This document shows positions 40,101-52,100 of a DNA stretch of 64,000 nt, piece by piece. The notes under the pieces are model-generated. The model was not told the DNA's origin, made no database searches, and saw only the letters and a list, made by a program, of their open reading frames with translations. Each line of letters starts with the position of its first letter. Position 1 is the stretch's first letter. Source of the stretch: Saccostrea echinata (lineage: Eukaryota); the NCBI RefSeq assembly GCF_033153115.1, contig NW_026889772.1, forward strand, positions 1,984,001 to 2,048,000. The letters run 5' to 3'. The translations under genes and the position numbers were made by a program.

Positions 40101-43100
40101 TTGAATTTTATGAATATTTTTTGGCAGTGTAGTAGTATCACATCCATTTAAGAGAATGCTCTATAATGATGAAGTATTAATTAATTGTTTAATTGCTCTA
40201 TAGGTGATAAAGATATTGTGAAATCAGAGATCAGCCTTGTACATGAAGTAGCTCTGAAGAGGAACATGACTGTTAGTTTTGATGTAAGTGATTCAGCCAT
40301 TGAACAGAGTTGTAAAAATTCTCTGTAGGGTTCTGTATAGTAAACATTACAAGTAAAGGATTTACAGGAATGTGTGGCAGGTTTTAACGTGGTACCAAAG
40401 AATTTCAAAAGGTTAGAGAATAAAATTTCAAGTGGAAGACACATTCATGTTTTCATTTTTCAAAAAATAACAGAATCGAGAAACATTTTCCTGTCAATAA
40501 AAAATTTGAGTCCAGATGAGGGTCCCAGTCAAATAAATATGTTCTTTTTAAGTTTATCAGTGAGTTGTATCCCCTCAAATTTATACTTTCTTCTTGAGGT
40601 TTACAATGAGTTGGGCCCCCTTCATATCACTGTATTTTCTATTTTAGGTTATCCGTGAGTCAGGTCCCCCTCATATGAAGACGTTTGTGACCCGCTGTAA
40701 GGTGGGGGACATGGAGACAGAAGCCGAGGGGAACAGTAAGAAGGTGTCCAAAAAGAAGGCGGCAGATCTGATACTGGAGAAACTGAAGGAGCTCCCACCC
40801 CTCCCTCCATCAGTGATCCGCCCCCGAGCCAAGATCAACAAGAAAAAGAACAAAAACATCATCAAAGTTAGTCCAGTCATAAAAAACCTTTATGGTTTAC
40901 TGCTTATATCTCTGTATTTTCATATGTTACTTAAATGTATAATAGATGTCTGGTGCTAAATGTATAATTGGTGTCTGGTGCTAAAAGAATTGTATTGATC
41001 CATACATGATCATGTTGTGTGTGGAACAACCTTACTTGCATCAGACACAGAGTCATTAGACAAAAAAAATGTCCACTGAAAACAGGCATGTTGAACAAAA
41101 CTGAATTAAAAACACTGGCCATGGGCCCCATTAGACAGTTGGATGATTAAAAGAGTTAAAATACAGTGAAAAAATGATCGGATAGAATTCAAACTAGTGC
41201 CTCAGAGGGAGTGGCTACTGGTTTCAGGTGGCCATAATGGCGGATGTGACTGTATCTTACTAATGATAAACAATCTGTCAGACTTGTTTTCACTTCCTAC
41301 AATATTAAAACTTCAGTTTAATGCATTTAATATGCTCAAGTGAACTAATGTATAAGTGAAAAATTTACATTAAAATTTACTGATTACAAGTATGTTGGAA
41401 CAGCAAAAGATAAAAAAAATTGTAAAAGTTTGAAATGGATGAAGAATGTACAATTTAAACTGGTTAATGAAGTATTTATGTCTTTGTTTTAAAGCAACAA
41501 ATGCAGAAGGCAGATCCTAATTACGGAGTGGGGATCAACCCAATCAGTCGTCTAATTCAGATTCAGCAAGCACAGCAGAAAAAGGAACCAGTTTACACAT
41601 TACTAACGGAAAGGGGACTTCCTAGAAGACGAGAGTTTGTCATCCAGGTAAAACATGAGTAATGGCTGAAGTGAAATCTATGTGTCATTGATTTACTGTC
41701 ATGCAGGTACACAATTAATGTAAAAAAAACAACACACAATTGATTTAAAAAATTGGGAAATAAAATTTGTGAAGTTGGAAGCAAGGAAACACTTGTACTT
41801 AAATTAGATGGTTAGATTCAGTATTTTGTGAGGTATAGAATGATTGTTTTCGTACCCATTGCTAAATAGATTGAGAGGATCTTGTTTACAGTAACAGTAC
41901 ATGTATGTAGTAAAAACAATGTCCATTAGTTTACTGTTTGGGAATATAAGAAGCTCAAGTATACTTTGCATAAGGATTGCTCAAGACCAGAGGGTACTTA
42001 AACCCTGAACCAAGGTCATTTGGAATATGTCATTTTTACAGAGTAATGAAGTGTAAAGGTCATTTAATTTGTAAAGAAGGAAATTAGAAACCCATACTTG
42101 GCTTAAAAGTTATTATGACTATAATCTGTGTGTTGACCCTGAACCAGTCAGTTGGTCATTTATCAAGGTCAATGTTACTTGTTTCCATGGTGTCATGGGC
42201 ATAACTCTATAATACAGGCATGGTAAAACAGTTTTGTTGCTCTTAATGAGGATGTGTCATGACCGAAGCAAAGGTCATTAGAACCATGTCACAGGATTTC
42301 TTGTCCAAGTCATAGCAGTGTTATTCAGAGTTTGCACAAGCTAGACTCAGAGGTTTTTATTGGATCAAAGGATATACCATGATTGTATATTAAATACACT
42401 TACAGAAGTTCAAGACTTCATATAGTGGAAGTGGAGCAAGGGCCACTTAGGGCCTTTATTAGCCCTGTGAATTTCTGAAAAATTGGAACTGCTTACTTTT
42501 GGTTGACAATGCAGTATTATCACTTGGACCCTTGGTGACCACGTATCTATTGAACATGACGTAATTTTCTCTCTAGTCAATGCATTATGACGTCATGAAA
42601 TGCATCATTTTTCCCATATCCTGTAAATTTAAAAAATAGCCAAAAGTTGAAGTATTTTTTTCAATATTTTATATAGAGCACAACCTCTTATCAATTAGAT
42701 AATGAAAGATCTGTTTCTGAAGATCATAAAACATGTTAAAGTTTTTGGATTGAGGGCTTTGCTCATATTTTAATTCTTTGCTGAAGGTACTCAAATAGGC
42801 CTGTTTTCGGGTACGTCTTTTTACCACAAGGAACCACAAGGTACCACAAGGAACCACAAGGATACCACAAGGAACCCCTAGGTCACCATATACAACCTTA
42901 ATTATTCTAAATATGGTTTATATAAAACCAACACAAATGACATTTACAAATTTATTCAAATTGCCTTTTGGTAACTACTCAGCTATTATAAAATTGCAAC
43001 AAACTATAATGAAAAATTACACACGCAAACAATGTATTTACAGTACTCTAGATATTTACACTAATTATCAGGCAACGTGCCTGATACAACCAGGCATTGT

Positions 43101-46100
43101 TAATGAGTAAATGCAATGTGTATTAGGCCGATGGCCGAATATGGTAGCTGATGGCTTGTATGTGTGGTGGGCTGCAGGCCCCCATGTATGTGAGGCCGAT
43201 GGCCTAGTGACAGTGTGAGGCCGATGGCCATGAGTGAGTTAGGCCGATGGCCTTGCATGCATGTAAATGGCCGATGGCCTTGAGACAGTGAAATGAATGC
43301 AGCCGATGGCCTGTGTGCGTGTGTAAAAGTGGATCTAACATGGATTTACAATAAACAAAATTTCTTTTGGGGTTAAATAACACACTTGACCAAGTGTGAA
43401 ATGCCCAAATGAAGTTATTATAATGTCAATATAATAGCTGAGAGCCCCAAAAGGAATTATCAAACACCACCACTCTTGATCTGATATCAAAAATTATAAA
43501 ATCCAATGAACATAGATACAAAGCAAATTCATCTTCTTGAATTCCAACTTAACCCGTATTATGAACATGAGATAAAATAAAATGTAAAGTTACATTCACT
43601 TATAAAACTACATATGTACATAACTGTTCATTGTTTAACAATCCGCTCCAAATTTGTGAAAACAAACCAAATACACAACATGATGTGAACATAAAATGTT
43701 AAATTGCATGCTTAACTGATCTATTACATTTACATACACAACTGCCTTAAACATACAGCTAGTCTTTTTTACACAGTTTTTTGACAACACATTGCCTTTT
43801 GTGCACGTGACAAAGTTTGATCATCGGAACGAATGTACCTGGTGTAACAGTCTGAGCTCCATCTACCCAAGGTTTTGATCAAGTGGTCTTCTACTTGGCC
43901 ACCGGCAGCAGAGGTAGCAGCTCCTATTCTGAAAGAGTGGCCATTGAAATTCTCGTCATCCAAACCCAGCAATTTGAGTATCTGCTTTAGTTTGGTAATG
44001 AAAAAGTGACTTGATAATGGATTTCCACTTTCATCCGTAAATAAGGCTGAAGACATGACACAGTTGTACCACTTTCTTCGAAGGTTTAAATATTTTAACA
44101 TGGATTTCACTGGACACACGGTTTGGTCTGACTGAAATAAATGGATCTGAATTCCTGTACGAAAAGGGTCTGTTTTAGATCGTTTAAGCGTGATAGTATA
44201 AGCTTTGTAGTTTCGATCCATGACGACATCTTCCACACACAATAGGTTGTCTTGATTTATATCGTTCACAGTGAATTCCCCGCATCGAAGGAATGCGAAA
44301 AATGCTAGAGAACAAGCAGCTTGCAGCATGGTATCTAGGAAATAACCGAACATACCCCGCTGTAAGACATTTTGAATTTGGATCAAAACACTGTATGTAA
44401 TGGGCCTCCTTTTCTGTTTAGAACTTTGTTGTTTTTGAATTCCCCTCAACACTGTTTGCAACCTTGCACACGATTCATCTGATGATAGAGGATTAGAAAT
44501 ACCAGCCTTCACATAATGGAATCTCACAGCTGCAAGATACAATTTGATGGTATTGTACGTTAGTTTTAGGGAATTGCAGCAATGTGTAACAAAGTAAATA
44601 AGGGTTTGTTCTGAGATCTTTGGTGGATTATAATTAGGCGCTTCTATTCCAATCGATGAAAGGAACTGGCAATATACTGTAAATCCTGTCCTGTATGCCC
44701 TCCTTGTATTGTCGCTGATTGAAGATTCGCATAAGTCCCTAGACTCTTTCTCTAATACAGGATTAATTCTTTCAAGGATGGTACTGGTACTGGCATTGCT
44801 GCTGCTGCTGGAGCTACTTCTCTGAATTTTGTCATCTGGAAACGAGAAAGAGAGTCAGCAATAATGTTTATCTTTCCTGGAACATGATCACATAATACAA
44901 GGAAATTATTATTAGCTGATATCCAAGTTAGTTTTCTTAGTAGCTTCATAATCATAGAGGATTTTGATCTGCGTTTTTTAATTATCTGAACAGTGGCCAG
45001 ATTATCACACCAAAATTTAATTCTCTTTCCTGACCATTTATGCCCCCATATCACAGCGGCAACAACTATGGGATACAATTCTAACAATGCCATAGATAAT
45101 GTGTCATCGCCGAGGTCTTGAATTTCTGGAGGCCATTTTCCTTGGAACCATTCTCCGTAATAGTAACCCCCGTAACCAATGGTAGAAGAAGCATCTGTAT
45201 ACAAGGATATGTCTGAGGCACAAGTCACATTTTCCTCCAGAAAGAACGAATGTCCATTCCACTGCTTTAGAAATGTTTCCCACATAGCCAAGTCCATTCT
45301 GCATTCTTTAGTTAAATTTACGTGATGATGTAATTTAGTAACTGAATGGGCCAGAGTTAAAAGATATGAAATAAATGATCTGCCTGCTGGAATAATTCGT
45401 GCTGCGAAATTGAAATGCCCTAATATGCTGAGTAGTTCTCTTTTTGTGCAGGAACGTTTTGACTTTAAATTGCCAATGAGAAAAAATATGCGCTCTATTT
45501 TTTTCTGGTGGGATTCGTGCTTCCATTTTAACAGAGTCCAACATAATTCCCAAGTATTCCATTTCTGTACAAGGTCCTTTTGTTTTCTTCTCCGAAATGG
45601 GAATTCCTAAATTGCCAAACACCATTGTTAGTATTGCCATACTTCTGAATCCTTCTTCCTCTGTAGGATCCAATGTCAAGAAATCATCTAACAAATGTAA
45701 CACCTGCTTGATTTTGTAATTATTGGTTAAAATCCAGCAGACAGCCTGTGAAAGCATATCAAATATTTTGGGGCTACTTCTGCACCCAAACACTAAGCGT
45801 TTATAAAAGTAATATTTGTTTCTCCATTTTATACCATAAAAAGGTTGCACTGTTTTTGACAAAGGTAATACCTTGAATGCGTCAACAATGTCAGTCTTGC
45901 ACATCAATGAATTAACACCTAATGATTTCAAAATACTTATGGCATCATCAATACGCACATACTGTAACGAGTAATCTTCCTTATCGATGAGGCTATTGAT
46001 GCTAACTTCGGATGCCGAGTCATGAGGGGATGAGAGGTCTACTATCAATCTGTATTTCTTTGAGTATTTTCCTTCGGCAACACCAATAGGGCTAATACGA

Positions 46101-49100
46101 TAGACTTCAAATGGTGGTTCGTCATATGATCCATCTACATAACCTTTGTCAATTTCATACTTGAGTAAAGTGTCTACTACTTCAGGTTTCTTCCTAGCTG
46201 TACTTAAATTTTTGCATTCAAATGAAGTCAATGGCAGCTTAGAAATTCCTGTATCAAATCCATTCTCCAATCCATTAATGAAAGTATCTACAAAGTCTTT
46301 GTCTGGATGATGGTGTAATTCTGACTTAAATGCTTCGATGTTGATCGTAGTTAAAATTTCTTGTTTTTCGGAATCTGACTGTAAGGTAAAATCAGGTAGT
46401 CATTGCTTCTCACTTTGGTTGCCCTCCTTTTGTTTCGTGGTTGTTTTACATTGCGTGGAAGTATGTTTTCCCATCTTACAAGTTGAACATATATGTACCA
46501 AGTTACACGATGGTCTGTTGCATCCTGTCTCGCTGTTAAAATTGTTACAGATTTCTCTGCCCCTATGCGTGATTCTGGGCCTTCCTTGCACATCCAGTTG
46601 GTTTTGTTGTCCTCTGTTCCTGTTTTGTCCTGGAAGTGAACTATTTGAAACTGCACTGAATTTTGCTCTTGGGCAGAAATGTGAAGTGTGTGTAGTACTG
46701 TTGCAATTCTCACATCTTATTACCGTCTGGCCAGCAAAAATAGTGGTAAACAGTTTCGTGTCCCTAATTGACCAGTCAACTCTGATATTTCTTTGATGAA
46801 GAAGGGCACTGGCTCTCGCTGAAAAGGCCTTGTGATATTCATAAAATGCAGAACCACGTGTCATGGACGCCATCTCCACGATATCACGTTCATATGCATC
46901 CAATTCTATCCTTCTTTCCGGATATATTTCACTTTTGAATTTTGAGAATGCCAGTATAAACTCGCTTATGGTTAAGTTTCTTTGTAATCTGGCATCAGTA
47001 TTTTGTTTCAGTAAGATATAACGGCCTTCCGTATCTTGAATTTTGTGTTCCTCATTTTCACGAGGCAGAAGTAAAGCGGCAAGATTGACATCCTTACCTT
47101 GTATAATGTTGTTCCTGAGGTTTGTGGACACAGTCTCGACATACGGGACCGAATCCGATGGAACACGAGAGCCCGATGGTAAATTAACACGGTCCGGTTC
47201 CGATGTCGGTGTACTCTGGTTAGGATTTTGCTGTTGTAACTTGCTGACAACATTTGTAAGTGACAGAAGAGATTGTTGTATTGTATCAATTGCTTGGCTC
47301 AGCGAGTCTATTTTGGTTTCATTTGTTGACTTCCGCCCAGCCTCGTTATGAATTGCTCTCTCCGAAGATGCCGGAAGTTCATGAACTTCATCGCCATTTT
47401 GATTCTCACTAATGTCAATTGTTCTTTCGTCTGACAGAGAACTGCTAAGCTCTTACGACTGTTTTGTACATTGTCTTTATAAATTTGAAGTAATTGAGAT
47501 TTCTTTAAAGTAGACGGCACTACTATATTTGAGTCTTTCAGTTTTTGTATTAAGTCTGATGACGACCAATTTTCGGGTATATTAGTGTCCCATCTAGATG
47601 TGCTTTGATTTTCACTGCGAGTACGCACATTCCTACCTGGAATCTCACTTGTCTTTCTTTTCCTTCCCGTCATTTTTATTTTCTATAATCACAATAATAA
47701 GAGCCTCGGGCTAAAGTTCAAGTCATTCGGCCATAACATGTAAACATTGAAACGAAACAAACACACGTGTATCCTGGATCGGTAGTCACATACTGTATAT
47801 GCATTTACCACTTGTAAATAGTCCACATATTATGAATACGCTACAAAAATCCAAGTTGGCTAGGAGACGAAAATATTCCAAAGGAATCTAGAGAAAATCT
47901 TTGAGATGTAACTCTACAGTTGCAGGAACTAGACAAGATGCTAAGAATCTGATTGGCTTATAGAATCACGTGATAACAAGCATGTTGAAATATGATACAA
48001 TCTACAAGATTTTATATAAACAATATTTAATAAATTAAATAACATTTTATAAGCACTTGTAAACTACAAAAAAAAGTTTTGAAAGGCAAATTAACACTTT
48101 AATTGTCTTAAATAGGTACAGTATAGCGCTATTAACCAAGGTAAAAATCTAAATTAAATTCACTAATTTCAGCTAAATTATGCATGCATAGTTCAGAGGC
48201 AGAGATTGTATTTTTATGATGTATAAAAAGTTAATGGTTTATTGTGTATTTCAATACACAAACCATAAGTAAATACCCAAGAAGAACCCTAATGTCATGT
48301 CCCCTGTACAATGTCATGTCCCCTGTACCACTAGGATAGGCCAAGGTACCTACAAAATGACACTTAAATGCCACTTAATTCAACTTTTAAAAAATCTAAT
48401 CATAGTTTAAATGCATTTGTTTACAAGTGCATATAAACCATATTTAGAATAATTAAGGATGTAAATGGTGTCCCTGGGGTACCTTGTGGTATCCCTGGGG
48501 TTCCTTGTGGTTCCTTGTGGTATCCTTGTGGTTCCTTGTGGTACCTAGTGGTTCCTTGTGGTAAAAAGACGCACCCCCTGTTTTCTGCAAAACTCGAGAA
48601 CATTGCATTTTCACATAGTCTGTTTTCCAATATCTGGATTCTCAAAAAGAAATTTTGTTATAGGAAATGAAAACACTAAATCTCTACTTTATTTTGATAT
48701 ATGAAATGGGACACAGGTTGATAGTCAATTAATTGATATAAGGACAGGGCCATATTCTGCATGAAGTGAACCTAGCTCTTTACAGAGTTTTTGTGTCAAA
48801 TAAATACAAGCTCTGTTAGGAAAATTTTAGATAATTCTGCTCTGTAGGTACAAGTTGATGAGCAGACCTGTACAGGAGTGGGTCCCAATAAGAAGCTGGC
48901 CAAACGACATGCTGCTGAAGCCATGTTGACTCTGCTTGGATACAACAAACCTTCCCCACAGCCAGCAAAACCCGCCATAAAATCTGCCAACAACCAGGAG
49001 GTAATAATAACTGACCGGAGTAATAACTGACCGGAGTAATAACTGACCAGAGTAATAACTGACCGGAGTAATTACTGATCAGAGTAGTAACTGACCAAAG

Positions 49101-52100
49101 TGATAACTGACCGGAGTAATAACTGACCAGAGTAATAACTGACCAGAGTAATAACTGACCAGAGAAATAACTGACCGGAGTAATAACTGACCAGAGTAAT
49201 AACAGATTAATAACTGGCCAGAATAATAACTGACCGGATTGATAACTGACCAGAGTAATAACTGACCAGAGGAATAACTGACCAAGGTAATAACTGACAG
49301 CGCCCCAGAAACATGAAACAGCTTAGGCCTAGTTCAAAATCTGTATATTGCTCTGAAATACAGAAAAATGTGGTAAAAGGGAACTTGTTTACAAATATCT
49401 GTTGTAAGGAAATTTTTATGAATTCTGTAGAAGACTTTTACTATGTTTTCTATATGGATATAAAGTATCTCGGGAAGCAGAATACAAAGTCCCAGTTACT
49501 CCCTTATAACTAAGTTTTACTGTAGTATAGAGGTCAAATGGTCAAAAATATAAATGTTTTGAAGATGGTATACTGGGGTGTTTTATCTGCAGATTTTGAG
49601 TTTCAGCATCCAATTAATAAGCATTTAACAGATGACTGACATTTTGATTTAAGTCCAAGTCTGTTTCATGACCCAGGACAAGATCTGTATTTTAATCTTG
49701 AGTTTATTGGACCTAGCTGGTATGTAAATCCAGGAAGTGTGGTTATCCATTTACTGTTTAAAGGAGAATTACATGAATATTATTTTTGAAAAAATACATC
49801 CCAGTAGATTGTCATGATCATTCTTCTCTCTGTTCCAGGAGACGGGAATTAAAAAAGTGACATTTCAAGAGATGTCCGAGGATGGTGGTAAGTTTCTAAT
49901 TATTTATAGCTGCTGTGTGCATCTTTCTTACATTCCACTTTCTTGGTAATTAGTCTACAACTAAGTGAGAATATCTGTCAAGTCAAAGAGAAGCTGAATT
50001 GCAACTAGTGAATTTTGTTGTTTTTTTAATTAAATTTTGATATCTGTAACCAGAGATTTGTGGAATTTTATAATAAATTATGACCTTCATGATAAGAAAT
50101 GGAAAAGAAAGAATGGAAACAAAAACCTAATGGAAAAAAAAAAGATGAGTGTGTGAAACACTGATGCCCCATATGGGTACAGCCCACTAATTGTTTTCCC
50201 ATAGGTGGCAATGTTAACGTTTCTTCACATAGCAATGTCCCTAATTTTCGTTCAGCAGTGAGTGACCCCTCAAATCAAAGCACATCAAGTTGTCTTTCCT
50301 TGGTTAAAATCTCAAGGTGGCATGTCAGATTCGTGTTCCGGCAAAATGCATCTGTCTGCGTTAACCTCTGAAAATGAAAGTGAAAGTAGGGGAATTCAAG
50401 ACTTCTCACTGGTGTTATAATACATAAAATAATTCTGCTGATCTTCTTGATAAATTACACCTGCCAAGCTTTTTTGCAAGGGAACATACTCCTTATCAAC
50501 AAGTATGAGGCTCAGTTTAATACATTATCACAGTTTTTTTATTCAGGTCTGCAAATTAAGGAACTTGTAATTTTTTCTGCACTACTTTCTTCCCCTACTG
50601 ATTCTAAAAATAATTAGAGGTATGTACCCATATGGCAGCCCATGGACAAGATGAAAGTTTTATAATGTAGATCCAAGCTCAAGGTCAAGAGGTCAAAAAT
50701 GTTGGTACCCAAAGAGAGGTCTTGTCACAAGGAATAAACATATACTGTATAGGGGATTAATTTCACGGGTTGTAATTTTCACGGTTTTTTCTCCTCTGAC
50801 ACGATTGCGGTTTGTTGAATTCGCGGAATCGGTATATAATAAAAGTTACCTCCCTTGTCTATATCTGTTTAATCCAGAATGACATTAATCAGCGTTAAGT
50901 ATTCACTCCAAAAACAACAGGGTAGGTTTATATGAAATAGTTAGATTTAATAATTAATTGACGACTAATTAAAACAAGTGTAGTAAATAAAAGTCCTTGA
51001 CTATAAACGTCGAATGACTTTCTTATATACTATTACGATGAGCACATGTACACCCCAAGATCTTCTTTCTGAAGGGATAATACATCGCAGCGAAAAAACA
51101 CTAGGCGGTAAGAAATGTGTTAATGTAGATCGAAGAAATAATATCCTTTCACATCTTCAGCAAGTTCAATAGTTATTTGATTGATTTTTTAAAAACAAAA
51201 TGTCGATAAAAACTAATACGCATGATAATGCAGGTAACAAATACACGGAGTCACATAGTTATGCAATGGTAATCAAAATCCATGACCCACGTGTTATGAT
51301 TGATGTAGCGTGGGCTATTAAAACAGCTTTTAAACAAATACGGGTTTATTATCTAGCTGCTCTAAATTAAAGTAAAGCGTGATAATTAAAATAATTGTGC
51401 GACTCATAATTACTGTAATGACCATGTAATACACGTATATATACCTATCGTAGTCTATTCTCAAATTTCCAAAATAAAACATGGAGGTTATTGAAAACTT
51501 ATTCACTGTTTCTTGAATTCACGGATTTATTAACACCGTGAATATAGCGAATATTAACACCGCGAGTTATTTTCCCCCTATACAGTATATGAATATGAAA
51601 GTCGTAATACCAACCATTCAAAATTATCACTAACGCCATATCAATTTGCAATATAGTTTGTCAGATTCACCGCTTCTATTTGTAACAAATCCAAATTATG
51701 ACATTATCAAAAAAATATATCCACCCGCGCATCCAAAAATATCCGAGTACATTTTTGTTTTCAACTTTTTAAACCAAAGGCACAAAAGACTTTGGAACAC
51801 GTGGTTGAGGAATGACAGAAGCGTGGGATTGAGAAAGTTTGTACTTCGTAAATCATGCTATGTAACAATGTGTGAAGTTTTTCACGATGCCTGACTACTC
51901 TTTATATGTACGATACGTCAATAGTTAAAAACAGTGGATGTGAATTTTTTCCTTATACTGCAATCGAACTAGAAGCCGAGGAAACTTTTGAAGCGCTGTT
52001 CGATGTTACACGAAAGGTTTGGTGAATATTGATGATGTTTGCTCTATCAAAAAAACAAAAAAAAAATCTAAGAGTGATGTAATTGAGATTTCAAGACCAG

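Larger units (their letters stand above)
42809..48576 (-). mobile_element. Tyrosine-recombinase (Ngaro/DIRS-order) retroelement bounded by foldback-like TIRs and a 9-bp TSD
   Basis: gag, RT, RNase H and YR on the minus strand; TIRs 42809-42923 and 48431-48576 with tandem accacaagga subunits; TSD cctgttttc at 42800-42808 and 48577-48585. Confidence 0.9.

Noticed and set aside
43125-43312. True CRISPR array
   Set aside because: Repeats are 12-13 bp, spacers 9-20 bp and partly similar, there are no cas genes and the context is eukaryotic; reported only as a palindrome array.
43436-43470. Hammerhead ribozyme (ctgagagccccaaaagg...)
   Set aside because: The CUGANGA core lacks a base and no GAAA follows the putative stem II.
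45498-45504. Programmed frameshift in pol
   Set aside because: A single extra base in a homopolymer in mid-domain is more simply a mutation or a sequencing error.
46338-47351. Plus-strand ORFs of 152 and 102 aa
   Set aside because: Antisense shadows of gag; no recognisable motifs.
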